Assembly (NCBI RefSeq): GCF_009914755.1
Contig: NC_060943.1
Strand: one strand, 5' to 3'
Length of the DNA stretch: 64,000 nucleotides
Source: the human T2T-CHM13v2.0 reference genome, Homo sapiens
The position numbers and the translations under genes were made by a program. The notes beneath the pieces are model-generated. The model was not told the origin of the DNA, did not search any database, and saw only the letters and a list, made by a program, of their open reading frames with translations. Shown piece after piece: positions 1 to 14,200 of the stretch. Every line of letters begins with the position of its first letter. Within the stretch, counting starts at the first letter, position 1.

Positions 1-6
1 AGCCAG

Positions 7-2220
7 AAGCATTCTCAGAAACTTCTTTGTGATGTGTGCGTTGAACCCAGAGAGATGAACCTTTCCTTTGATAGAGCAGTTTTGAAACGTGTTTTTGTAA
101 GATCGGAAAGCGGATAATTGGCTTCGCTTTGTGTCCTTTGGTGGAAACGGGAATATCTTCTAATAAAAACTAGACAGAAATATTCTCAGAATCTCCTTTG
201 TGATGTGGGCATTCAACTAACACAGTTGAACATTTCTTTTCACAGAGCAGTTTTGAAACACTCTTTTGGTAGAATCTGCCAGTGGATATTTGGAGCGCTT
301 GGAGGGCTATTGTGCCAATGGAAATATCTGCCCCTGAAAACTAGACAGAAGCATTCTCAGAAACTACTTCGTGATGTCTGCATTCAACACACAGAGTTGA
401 ACATACCTCTTCACAGAGCAGTTTTGAAAACCTCTTTCTGTAGAATCTGCAAGTGGATATTCGCACCACTTTGAGGCCTTCATAGGAAACAGTAATATCT
501 TCACATAAAAACTAGATAGAAGCATTGTCAGAAAGTTCTTTGTGATGTGTGAATTCAACTCACAGAGTTGAACCTTCCTTTAATAGAGCAGTTTTGAAAC
601 ACTCTTTTTCTAGAATCTGCAAGTAGATATTTGGAGCACTTTGAGGCCTTCGTTGGAAACCGGAATATCTTCACAGGAAAAGTAGATAGAGGCATTCTCA
701 GAAACTTTTTTGTGATATGTAGATTCAACTCACAGCGTTGAACCTTTCTTTGGATGGAGCAGTTTTGAAAAACTCTTTTATCGAATCTGCAGGTAGACAT
801 TTGGGGTGCTTTGAGGGATGTGGTGCAAAAGGAAATGTCTTCCCATAGAAACTAGACTGAAGCATTCTCAGCAACTTCTTGGTGACGTTTGCATTCATCT
901 CACAGTGTTGAACATACCTTTCCATAGAGTGGTTTTGAAACACTGTTTCTGTAGAATCGGCAAGTGGATATTTGGACTGCTTTGAGGCCTTCATCGGAAA
1001 CGGGAATATCTTCACATAAACACTAGAGAGAAGCATTCTCAGAAACTTCTTTGTCATCTGTCCATTCAACTCACAGAGTTGAACCTTCCTTTTTATGGAG
1101 CAGTTTTGAAACACTCCTTTTGGAGAATCTGCAAGTGGATATTTGGAGCGCTTTGAGGCCTATGGTAGAGAAAGAAATATCTGCCTCTAAAAACCAGACA
1201 GAAGCATTCCGAGAAACTTCTTTGTGATGTTTGCATTCAACTAGCAGAGTTGAACCTTCCTTTTGATAGGGCAGTTTGGAAACACTCTTTTTGTAGAATC
1301 TGCATGTGGATATCTGGAGCGGTTTGAGGCCTACGGTCAAAAAGGAAATATCTTCCTGGGAAAAATAGACGAAAGCATTCTCAGAAAGTGCTTTGTGATA
1401 TGTGCATTCGACTCACCGAGTTGAAACTTTTTTTTGATAGAGCAGTTTTGAAACACTCTGTAGAATCTGAAAGTGGATATTTGGAGCTCTTTGAGGGCTA
1501 TGGCGGAAAAGAAAATATATTCACATTAAAGTAGACAGCAGCATTCTCAGAAACTTCTTTAGGATGTTTGCAGTAAACTCACAGAGTTGAACCTACCTTT
1601 CCGTAGAGCAGTTTTGAAACACTCTGTTTGTGGGATCCGCAAGTGGATATTTGGACCGCTTTGAGACCTTTGCTGGAAATGGGAATATCTTCACATATAA
1701 ACTAGACAGAAGCATTCTCAGAAACTTCTTCGTGATGTGTGCATTCTCCTCCCGAATTTGAATCTTCCTTTTCATGAAGCAGTTTTGAAACACTCTGTTT
1801 GTGCAATCCACAATTGGATAATTGGAACGCTTTGATGCCCATGGTAGAAAAGGAAATATCCTCATATAAAAACTAGACAGAAGGATTCACAGAAAATGCT
1901 TTGTGTTGTGTGCATTCAAATCACGGAGTTGAATCTTTCTTTTGTCAGAGCAGTTTTGAAACACTGTTTCTGTGGAATCTGCCAGCGGACACTTGGAGCG
2001 CTTTGAGGGCTGTGGTGGAGAAGGAAATATCTTCCCATAAAAACTAGAAAGAAGCATTCTCAGAAACATTTATGTGAAGCGTGCATTCAACTCACAGAGT
2101 TGAACCTTCCTTTTGATACAACAGTTTTGAAACACTCTTTTGAACAATTGCAGGTGAATCTTTGGAGCGCTTTGAAGCCTTTGTTGGAAATGGGAATATC
2201 TTCACACACAAACTAGCCAG
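7..2220 (+). repeat. Reference HOR unit (copy 1) of 13 monomers
   Basis: Approximate monomer starts are 7, 178, 349, 520, 690, 860, 1031, 1202, 1374, 1540, 1710, 1881 and 2052. The box-region type order is B A B B A B A A A B A A B (6 B-type, 7 A-type), the irregular alternation typical of SF5 R1/R2 monomers. m9 is short (aaacactctgtag lacks the T run). The unit has one EcoRI site (551) and one BamHI site (1633). Confidence 0.92.
648..664 (+). promoter_or_regulatory. Degenerate CENP-B box in m4 (repeated in almost every HOR copy)
   Basis: CTTCGTTGGAAACCGGA versus canonical YTTCGTTGGAARCGGGA: a G>C change at position 14 within the essential CGGG. Confidence 0.85.
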
Positions 2221-5200
2221 AAGCATTCTCAGAAACTTCTTTGTGATGTGTGCGTTGAACCCAGAGAGATGAACCTTTCCTTTGATAGAGCAGTTTTGAA
2301 GCGTGTTTTTGTAAGATCGGCAAGCGGATAATTGGCTTCGCTTTGTGTCCTTTGGTGGAAACGGGAATATCTTCTAATAAAAACTAGACAGAAATATTCT
2401 CAGAATCTCCTTTGTGATGTGGGCATTCAACTAACACAGTTGAACATTTCTTTTCACAGAGCAGTTTTGAAACACTCTTTTGGTAGAATCTGCCAGTGGA
2501 TATTTGGAGCGCTTGGAGGGCTATTGTGCCAATGGAAATATCTGCCCCTGAAAACTAGACAGAAGCATTCTCAGAAACTACTTCGTGATGTCTGCATTCA
2601 ACACACAGAGTTGAACATACCTCTTCACAGAGCAGTTTTGAAAACCTCTTTCTGTAGAATCTGCAAGTGGATATTCGGACCACTTTGAGGCCTTCATAGG
2701 AAACAGTAATATCTTCACATAAAAACTAGATAGAAGCATTGTCAGAAAGTTCTTTGTGATGTGTGAATTCAACTCACAGAGTTGAACCTTCCTTTAATAG
2801 AGCAGTTTCGAAACACTCTTTTTCTAGAATCTGCAAGTAGATATTTGGAGCGCTTTGAGGCCTTCGATGAAAACCGGAATATCTTCACAGGAAAAGTAGA
2901 TAGAGGCATTCTCAGAAACTTTTTTGTGATATGTAGATTCAACTCACAGCGTTGAACCTTTCTTTGGATGGAGCAGTTTTGAAAAACTCTTTTATCGAAT
3001 CTGCAGGTAGACATTTGGGGTGCTTTGAGGGCTGTGGTGCAAAAGGAAATGTCTTCCCATAGAAACTAGACTGAAGCATTCTCAGCAACTTCTTGGTGAC
3101 GTTTGCATTCATCTCACAGTGTTGAACATACCTTTCCATAGAGTGGTCTTGAAACACTGTTTCTGTAGAATCGGCAAGTGGATATTTGGACTGCTTTGAG
3201 GCCTTCATCGGAAACGGGAATATCTTCACATAAACACTAGAGAGAAGCATTCTCAGAAACTTCTTTGTCGTCTGTCCATTCAACTCACAGAGTTGAACCT
3301 TCCTTTTTATGGAGCAGTTTTGAAACACTCCTTTTGGAGAATCTGCAAGTGGATATTTGGAGCGCTTTGAGGCCTATGGTAGAAAAAGAAATATCTGCCT
3401 CTAAAAACCAGACAGAAGCATTCCGAGAAACTTCTTTGTGATGTTTGCATTCAACTAGCAGAGTTGAACCTTCCTTTTGATAGGGCAGTTTGGAAACACT
3501 CTTTTTGTAGAATCTGCATGTGGATATCTGGAGCGGTTTGAGGCCTACGGTCAAAAAGGAAATATCTTCCTGGGAAAAATAGACGAAAGCATTCTCAGAA
3601 AGTGCTTTGTGATATGTGCATTCGACTCACCGAGTTGAAACTTTTTTTTGATAGAGCAGTTTTGAAACACTCTGTAGAATCTGAAAGTGGATATTTGGAG
3701 CTCTTTGAGGGCTATTGCGGAAAAGAAAATATATTCACATTAAAGTAGACAGCAGCATTCTCAGAAACTTCTTTAGGATGTTTGCAGTAAACTCACAGAG
3801 TTGAACCTACCTTTCCGTAGAGCAGTTTTGAAACACTCTGTTTGTGGGATCCGCAAGTGGATATTTGGACCGCTTTGAGACCTTTGCTGGAAATGGGAAT
3901 ATCTTCACATATAAACTAGACAGAAGCATTCTCAGAAACTTCTTCGTGATGTGTGCATTCTCCTCCCGAATTTGAATCTTCCTTTTCATGAAGCAGTTTT
4001 GAAACACTCTGTTTGTGCAATCCACAATTGGATAATTGGAACGCTTTCATGCCCATGGTAGAAAAGGAAATATCCTCATATAAAAACTAGACAGAAGGAT
4101 TCACAGAAAATGCTTTGTGATGTGTGCATTCAAATCACGGAGTTGAATCTTTCTTTTGTCAGAGCAGTTTTGAAACACTGTTTCTGTGGAATCTGCCAGC
4201 GGACACTTGGAGCGCTTTGAGGGCTATGGTGGAGAAGGAAATATCTTCCCATAAAAACTAGAAAGAAGCATTCTCAGAAACATTTATGTGAAGCGTGCAT
4301 TCAACTCACAGAGTTGAACCTTCCTTTTGATACAACAGTTTTGAAACACTCTTTTGAACAATTGCAGGTGAATCTTTGGAGCGCTTTGAAGCCTTTGTTG
4401 CAAATGGGAATATCTTCACACACAAACTAGCCAGAAGCATTCTCAGAAAATTCTTTGTGATGTGTGCGTTGAACCCAGAGAGATGAACCTTTCCTTTGAT
4501 AGAGCAGTTTTGAAGCGTGTTTTTGTAAGATCGGCAAGCGGATAATTGGCTTCGCTTTGTGTCCTTTGGTGGAAACGGGAATATCTTCTAATAAAAACTA
4601 GACAGAAATATTCTCAGAATCTCCTTTGTGATGTGGGCATTCAACTAACACAGTTGAACATTTCTTTTCACAGAGCAGTTTTGAAACACTCTTTTGGTAG
4701 AATCTGCCAGTGGATATTTGGAGCGCTTGGAGGGCTATTGTGCCAATGGAAATATCTGCCCCTGAAAACTAGACAGAAGCATTCTCAGAAACTACTTCGT
4801 GATGTCTGCATTCAACACACAGAGTTGAACATACCTCTTCACAGAGCAGTTTTGAAAACCTCTTTCTGTAGAATCTGCAAGTGGATATTCGGACCACTTT
4901 GAGGCCTTCATAGGAAACAGTAATATCTTCACATAAAAACTAGATAGAAGCATTGTCAGAAAGTTCTTTGTGATGTGTGAATTCAACTCACAGAGTTGAA
5001 CCTTCCTTTAATAGAGCAGTTTTGAAACACTCTTTTTCTAGAATCTGCAAGTAGATATTTGGAGCGCTTTGAGGCCTTCGTTGGAAACCGGAATATCTTC
5101 ACAGGAAAAGTAGATAGAGGCATTCTCAGAAACTTTTTTGTGATATGTAGATTCAACTCACAGCGTTGAACCTTTCTTTGGATGGAGCAGTTTTGAAAAA

Positions 5201-8200
5201 CTCTTTTATCGAATCTGCAGGTAGACATTTGGGGTGCTTTGAGGGCTGTGTTGCAAAAGGAAATGTCTTCCCATAGAAACTAGACTGAAGCATTCTCAGC
5301 AACTTCTTGGTGACGTTTGCATTCATCTCACAGTGTTGAACATACCTTTCCATAGAGTGGTTTTGAAACACGGTTTTTGTAGAATCGGCAAGTGGATATT
5401 TGGACTGCTTTGAGGCCTTCATCGGAAACGGGAATATCTTCACATAAACACTAGAGAGAAGCATTCTCAGAAACTTCTTTGTCATCTGTCCATTCAACTC
5501 ACAGAGTTGAACCTTCCTTTTTATGGAGCAGTTTTGAAACACTCCTTTTGGAGAATCTGCAAGTGGATATTTGGAGCGCTTTGAGGCCTATGGTAGAAAA
5601 AGAAATATCTGCCTCTAAAAACCAGACAGAAGCATTCCGAGAAACTTCTTTGTGATGTTTGCATTCAACTAGCAGAGTTGAACCTTCCTTTTGATAGGGC
5701 AGTTTGGAAACACTCTTTTTGTAGAATCTGCCTGTGGATATCTGGAGCGGTTTGAGGCCTACGGTCAAAAAGGAAATATCTTCCTGGGAAAAATAGACGA
5801 AAGCATTCTCAGAAAGTGCTGTGTGATATGTGCATTCGACTCACCGAGTTGAAACTTTTTTTTGATAGAGCAGTTTTGAAACACTCTGTAGAATCTGAAA
5901 GTGGATATTTGGAGCTCTTTGAGGGCTATGGCGGAAAAGAAAATATATTCACATTAAAGTAGACAGCAGCATTCTCAGAAACTTCTTTAGGATGTTTGCA
6001 GTAAACTCACAGAGTTGAACCTACCTTTCCGTAGAGCAGTTTTGAAACACTCTGTTTGTGGGATCCGCAAGTGGATATTTGGACCGCTTTGAGACCTTTG
6101 CTGGAAATGGGAATATCTTCACATATAAACTAGACAGAAGCATTCTCAGAAACTTCTTCGTGTTGTGTGCATTCTCCTCCGGAATTTGAATCTTCCTTTT
6201 CATGAAGCAGTTTTGAAACACTCTGTTTGTGCAATCCACAATTGGATAATTGGAACGCTTTGATGCCCATGGTAGAAAAGGAAATATCCTCATATAAAAA
6301 CTAGACAGAAGGATTCACAGAAAATGCTTTGTGATGTGTGCATTCAAATCAAGGAGTTGAATCTTTCTTTTGTCAGAGCAGTTTTGAAACACTGTTTCTG
6401 TGGAATCTGCCAGCGGACACTTGGAGCGCTTTGAGGGCTATGGTGGAGAAGGAATTATCTTCCCATAAAAACTAGAAAGAAGCATTCTCAGAAACATTTA
6501 TGTGAAGCGTGCATTCAACTCACAGAGTTGAACCTTCCTTTTGATACAACAGTTTTGAAACACTCTTTTGAACAATTGCAGGTGAATCTTTGGAGCGCTT
6601 TGAAGCCTTTGTTGCAAATGGGAATATCTTCACACACAAACTAGCCAGAAGCATTCTCAGAAACTTCTTTGTGATGTGTGCGTTGAACCCAGAAAGATGA
6701 ACCTTTCCTTTGATAGAGCAGTTTTGAAACGTGTTTTTGTAAGATCGGCAAGCGGATAATTGGCTTCGCTTTGTGTCCTTTGGTGGAAACGGGAATATCT
6801 TCTAATAAAAACTAGACAGAAATATTCTCAGAATCTCCTTTGTGATGTGGGCATTCAACTAACACAGTTGAACATTTCTTTTCACAGAGCAGTTTTGAAA
6901 CACTCTTTTGGTAGAATCTGCCAGTGGATATTTGGAGCGCTTGGAGGGCTATTGTGCCAATGGAAATATCTGCCCCTGAAAACTAGACAGAAGCATTCTC
7001 AGAAACTACTTCGTGATGTCTGCATTCAACACACAGAGTTGAACATACCTCTTCACAGAGCAGTTTTGAAAACCTCTTTCTGTAGAATCTGCAAGTGGAT
7101 ATTCGGACCACTTTGAGCCCTTCATAGGAAACAGTAATATCTTCACATAAAAACTAGATAGAAGCATTGTCAGAAAGTTCTTTGTGATGTGTGAATTCAA
7201 CTCACAGAGTTGAACCTTCCTTTAATAGAGCAGTTTTGAAACACTCTTTTTCTAGAATCTGCAAGTAGATATTTGGAGCGCTTGGAGGCCTTCGTTGGAA
7301 ACCGGAATATCTTCACAGGAAAAGTAGATAGAGGCATTCTCAGAAACTTTTTTGTGATATGTAGATTCAACTCACAGCGTTGAACCTTTCTTTGGATGGA
7401 GCAGTTTTGAAAAACTCTTTTATCGAATCTGCAGGTAGACATTTGGGGTGCTTTGAGGGCTGTGGTGCAAAAGGAAATGTCTTCCCATAGAAACTAGACT
7501 GAAGCATTCTCAGCAACTTCTTGGTGACGTTTGCATTCATCTCACAGTGTTGAACATACCTTTCCATAGAGTGGTTTTGAAACACTGTTTCTGTAGAATC
7601 GGCAAGTGGATATTTGGACTGCTTTCAGGCCTTCATCGGAAACGGGAATATCTTCACATAAACACTAGAGAGAAGCATTCTCAGAAACTTCTTTGTCATC
7701 TGTCCATTCAACTCACAGAGTTGAACCTTCCTTTTTATGGAGCAGTTTTGAAACACTCCTTTTGGAGAATCTGCAAGTGGATATTTGGAGCGCTTTGAGG
7801 CCTATGGTAGAAAAAGAAATATCTGCCTCTAAAAACCAGACAGAAGCATTCCGAGAAACTTCTTTGTGATGTTTGCATTCAACTAGCAGAGTTGAACCTT
7901 CCTTTTGATAGGGCAGTTTGGAAACACTCTTTTTGTAGAATCTGCATGTGGATATCTGGAGCGGTTTGAGGCCTACGGTCAAAAAGGAAATATCTTCCTG
8001 GGAAAAATAGACGAAAGCATTCTCAGAAAGTGCTTTGTGATATGTGCATTCGACTCACCGAGTTGAAACTTTTTTTTGATAGAGCAGTTTTGAAACACTC
8101 TGTAGAATCTGAAAGTGGATATTTGGAGCTCTTTGAGGGCTATGGCGGAAAAGAAAATATATTCACATTAAAGTAGACAGCAGCATTCTCAGAAACTTCT

Positions 8201-11200
8201 TTAGGATGTTTGCAGTAAACTCACAGAGTTGAACCTACCTTTCCGTAGAGCAGTTTTGAAACACTCTGTTTGTGGGATCCACAAGTGGATATTTGGACCG
8301 CTTTGAGACCTTTGCTGGAAATGGGAATATCTTCACATATAAACTAGACAGAAGCATTCTCAGAAACTTCTTCGTGATGTGTGCATTCTCCTCCCGAATT
8401 TGAATCTTCCTTTTCATGAAGCAGTTTTGAAACACTCTGTTTGTGCAATCCACAATTGGATAATTGGAACGCTTTGATGCCCATGGTAGAAAAGGAAATA
8501 TCCTCATATAAAAACTAGACAGAAGGATTCACAGAAAATGCTTTGTGATGTGTGCATTCAAATCACGGAGTTGAATCTTTCTTTTGTCAGAGCAGTTTTG
8601 AAACACTGTTTCTGTGGAATCTGCCAGCGGACACTTGGAGCGCTTTGAGGGCTATGGTGGAGAAGGAAATATCTTCCCATAAAAACTAGAAAGAAGCATT
8701 CTCAGAAACATTTATGTGAAGCGTGCATTCAACTCACAGAGTTGAACCTTCCTTTTGATACAACAGTTTTGAAACACTCTTTTGAACAATTGCAGGTGAA
8801 TCTTTGGAGCGCTTTGAAGCCTTTGTTGCAAATGGGAATATCTTCACACACAAACTAGCCAGAAGCATTCTCAGAAACTTCTTTGTGATGTGTGCGTTGA
8901 ACCCAGAGAGATGAACCTTTCCTTTGATAGAGCAGTTTTGAAACGTGTTTTTGTAAGATCGGCAAGCGGATAATTGGCTTCGCTTTGTGTCCTTTGGTGG
9001 AAACGGGAATATCTTCTAATAAAAACTAGACAGAAATATTCTCAGAATCTCCTTTGTGATGTGGGCATTCAACTAACACAGTTGAACATTTCTTTTCACA
9101 GAGCAGTTTTGAAACACTCTTTTGGTAGAATCTGCCAGTGGATATTTGGAGCGCTTGGAGGGCTATTGTGCCAATGGAAATATCTGCCCCTGAAAACTAG
9201 ACAGAAGCATTCTCAGAAACTACTTCGTGATGTCTGCATTCAACACACAGAGTTGAACATACCTCTTCACAGAGCAGTTTTGAAAACCTCTTTCTGTAGA
9301 ATCTGCAAGTGGATATTCGGACCACTTTGAGCCCTTCATAGGAAACAGTAATATCTTCACATAAAAACTAGATAGAAGCATTGTCAGAAAGTTCTTTGTG
9401 ATGTGTGAATTCAACTCACAGAGTTGAACCTTCCTTTAATAGAGCAGTTTTGAAACACTCTTTTTCTAGAATCTGCAAGTAGATATTTGGAGCGCTTTGA
9501 GGCCTTCGTTGGAAACCAGAATATCTTCACAGGAAAAGTAGATAGAGGCATTCTCAGAAACTTTTTTGTGATATGTAGATTCAACTCACAGCGTTGAACC
9601 TTTCTTTGGATGGAGCAGTTTTGAAAAACTCTTTTATCGAATCTGCAGGTAGACATTCGGGGTGCTTTGAGGGCTGTGGTGCAAAAGGAAATGTCTTCCC
9701 ATAGAAACTAGACTGAAGCATTCTCAGCAACTTCTTGGTGACGTTTGCATTCATCTCACAGTGTTGAACATACCTTTCCATAGAGTGGTTTTGAAGCACT
9801 GTTTCTGTAGAATCGGCAAGTGGATATTTGGACTGCTTTGAGGCCTTCATCGGAAACGGGAATATCTTCACATAAACACTAGAGAGAAGCATTCTCAGAA
9901 ACTTCTTTGTCATCTGTCCATTCAACTCACAGAGTTGAACCTTCCTTTTTATGGAGCAGTTTTGAAACACTCCTTTTGGAGAATCTGCAAGTGGATATTT
10001 GGAGCGCTTTGAGGCCTATGGTAGAAAAAGAAATATCTGCCTCTAAAAACCAGACGGAAGCATTCCGAGAAACTTCTGTGTGATGTTTGCATTCAACTAG
10101 CAGAGTTGAACCTTCCTTTTGATAGGGCAGTTTGGAAACACTCTTTTTGTAGAATCTGCATGTGGATATCTGGAGCGGTTTGAGGCCTACGGTCAAAAAG
10201 GAAATATCTTCCTGGGAAAAATAGACGAAAGCATTCTCACAAAGTGCTTTGTGATATGTGCATTCGACTCACCGAGTTGAAACTTTTTTTTGATAGAGCA
10301 GTTTTGAAACACTCTGTAGAATCTGAAAGTGGATATTTGGAGCTCTTTGAGGGCAATGGCGGAAAAGAAAATATATTCACATTAAACTAGAGAGGAGCGT
10401 TCTCAGAAACTTCTTTAGGATGTTTGCAGTAAACTCACAGAGTTGAACATACCTTTCCGTAGAACAGTTTTGAAACACTCTGTTTGTGGGATCCGCAAGT
10501 GGATATTTGGACCGCTTTGAGACCTTTGCTGGAAATGGGAATATCTGCACATTTAAACTAGACAGAAGCATTCTCAGAAACTTCTTCGTGATGTGTGCAT
10601 TCTACTCCCAAATTTGAATCTTCCTTTTCATGAAGCAGTTTTGAAACACTCTGTTTGTGCAATCCACAATTGGATAATTGGAACGCTTTGATGCCCATGG
10701 TAGAAAAGGAAATATCCTCATATAAAAACTAGACACAAGGATTCACAAAAAATGCTTTGTGATGTGTGCATTCAAATCACGGAGTTGAATCTTTCTTTTG
10801 TTAGAGCAGTTTTGAAACACTGTTTCTGTGGAATCTGCCAGCGGACACTTGGAGCGCTTTGAGGGCTGTGGTGGAGAAGGAAATATCTTCCCATAAAAAC
10901 TAGAAAGAAGCATTCTCAGAAACATTTATGTGAAGCGTGCATTCAACTCACAGAGTTGAACCTTCCTTTTGATACAACAGTTTTGAAACACCCTTTTGAA
11001 CAATTGCAGGTGAATCTTTGGAGCGCTTTGAAGCCTTTGTTGGAAATAGGAATATCTTCACACACAAACTAGCCAGAAGCATTCTCAGAAACTTCTTTGT
11101 GATGTGTGCGTTGAACCCAGAGAGATGAACCTTTCCTTTGATAGAGCAGTTTTGAAACGTGTTTTTGTAAGATCGGCAAGCGGATAACTGGCTTCGCTTT

Positions 11201-14200
11201 GGGTCCTTTGGTGGAAACGGGAATATCTTCTAATAAAAACTAGACAAAAATATTCTCAGAATCTCCTTTGGGATGTGGGCATTCAACTAACACAGTTGAA
11301 CATTTCTTTTCACAGAGCAGTTTTGAAACACTCTTTTGGTAGAATCTGCCAGTGGATATTTGCAGTGCTTGGAGGGCTATTGTGCCAATGGAAATATCTG
11401 CCCCTGAAATATAGACAGAAGCATTCTCAGAAACTACTTCGTGATGTTTGCATTCAACACACAGAGTTGAACATACCCCTTCACAGAGCAGTTTTGAAAA
11501 CCTCTTTCTGTAGAATCTGCAAGTGGATATTCGGACCACTTTGAGGCCTTCATAAGAAACAGTAATATCTTCACATAAAAACTAGATAGAAGCATTGTCA
11601 GAAAGTTCTTTGTGATGTGTGAATTCAACTCACAGAGTTGAACCTTCCTTTAATAGAGCAGTTTTGAAACACTCTTTTTCTAGAATCTGCAAGTAGATAT
11701 TTGGAGCGCTTTGAGGCCTTCGTTGGAAACCGGAATATCTTCACAGGAAAAGTAGATAGAGGCATTCTCAGAAACTTTTTTGTGATATGTAGATTCAACT
11801 CACAGCGTTGAACCTTTCTTTGGATGGAGCAGTTTTGAAAAACTCTTTTATCGAATCTGCAGTTAGACATTTGGGGTGCTTTGAGGGCTGTGGTGCAAAA
11901 GGAAATGTCTTCCCATAGAAACTAGACTGAAGCATTCTCAGCAACTTCTTTGTGACGTTTGCATTCATCTCACAGGGTTGAACATACCTTTCCATAGAGT
12001 AGTTTTGAAACACTGTTTTTGTAGAATCTGCAAGTGGATATTTGGACTGCTTTGAGGCCTTCATCGGAAACGGGAATATCTTCACATAAACACTAGACAG
12101 AAGCATCCTCAGAAACTTATTTGTCATCTGTCCATTCAACTCACAGATTTGAACCTTCCTTTTTCTGCAGCAGTTTTGAAACACTCTTTTTGGAGAATCT
12201 GCAAGTGGATATTTGGAGCGCTTTGAGGCCTATGGTAGAAAAAGAAATATCTGCCTCTAAAAACCAGACAGAAGCATTCCGAGAAACTTCTTTGTGATGT
12301 TTGCATTCAACTAGCAGAGTTGAACCTTCCTTTTGATAGGGCAGTTTGGAAACACTCTTTTTGTAGAAGCTGCATGTGGATATCTGGAGCGGTTTGAGGC
12401 CTACGGTCAAAAAGGAAATATCTTCCTGGGAAAAATAGACGAAAGCATTCTCAGAAACTGCTTTGTGATATGTGCATTCCAGTCACCGAGTTGAAACTTT
12501 TTTTTGATAGAGCAGTTTTGAAACACTCTGTAGAATCTGAAAGTGGATATTTGGAGCTCTTTGAGGGCTATGGCGGAAAAGAAAATATATTCACATTAAA
12601 GTAGACAGCAGCATTCTCAGAAACTTCTTTAGGATGTTTGCAGTAAACTCACAGAGTTGAACCTACCTTTCCGTAGAGCAGTTTTGAAACACTCTGTTTG
12701 TGGGATCCGCAAGTGGATATTTGGACCGCTTTGAGACCTTTGCTGGAAATGGGAATATCTGCACATTTAAACTAGACAGAAGCATTCTCAGAAACTTCTT
12801 CGTGATGTGTGCATTCTACTCCCAAATTTGAATCTTCCTTTTCATGAAGCAGTTTTGAAACACTCTGTTTGTGCAATCCACAATTGGATAATTGGAACGC
12901 TTTGATGCCCATGGTAGAAAAGGAAATATCCTCATATAAAAACTAGACACAAGGATTCACAGAAAATGCTTTGTGATGTGTGCATTCAAATCACGGAGTT
13001 GAATCTTTCTTTTGTTAGAGCAGTTTTGAAACACTGTTTCTGTGGAATCTGCCAGCGGACACTTGGAGCGCTTTGAGGGCTGTGGTGGAGAAGGAAATAT
13101 CTTCCCATAAAAACTAGAAAGAAGCATTCTCAGAAACATTTATGTGAAGCGTGCATTCAACTCACAGAGTTGAACCTTCCTTTTGATACAACAGTTTTGA
13201 AACACCCTTTTGAACAATTGCGGGTGAATCTTTGGAGCGCTTTGAAGCCTTTGTTGGAAATGGGAATATCTTCACACACAAACTAGCCAGAAGCATTCTC
13301 AGAAACTTCTTTGTGATGTGTGCGTTGAACCCAGAGAGATGAACCTTTCCTTTGATAGAGCAGTTTTGAAACGTGTTTTTGTAAGATCGGCAAGCAGATA
13401 ACTGGCTTAGCTTTGTGTCCTTTGGTGGAAACGGGAATATCTTCTAATAAAAACTAGACAGAAATATTCTCAGAATCTCCTTTGTGATGTGGGCATTCAA
13501 CTAACACAGTTGAACATTTCTTTTCACAGAGCAGTTTTGAAACACTCTTTTGGTAGAATCTGCCAGTGGATATTTGGAGCGCTTGGAGGGCTATTGTGCC
13601 AATGGAAATATCTGCCCCTGAAATCTAGACAGAAGCATTCTCAGAAACTACTTCGTGATGTTTGCATTCAACACGCAGAGTTGAACATACCTCTTCACAG
13701 AGCAGTTTTGAAAACCTCTTTCTGTAGAATCTGCAAGTGGATATTCGGACCACTTTGAGGCCTTCATAGGAAACAGTAATATCTTCACATAAAAACTAGA
13801 TAGAAGCATTGTCAGAAAGTTCTTTGTGATGTGTGAATTCAACTCACAGAGTTGAACCTTCCTTTAATAGAGCAGTTTTGAAACACTCATTTTCTAGAAT
13901 CTGCAAGTAGATATTTGGAGCGCTTTGAGGCCTTCGTTGGAAACCGGAATATCTTCACAGGAAATGTAGATAGAGGCATTCTCAGAGACTTTTTTGTGAT
14001 ATGTAGATTCAACTCACAGCGTTGAACCTTTCTTTGGATGGAGCAGTTTTGAAAAACTCTTTTATCGAATCTGCAGGTAGACATTTGGGGTGCTTTGAGG
14101 GCTGTGGTGCAAAAGGAAATGTCTTCCCATAGAAACTAGACTGAAGCATTCTCAGCAACTTCTTTGTGACGTTTGCATTCATCTCACAGTGTTGAACATA

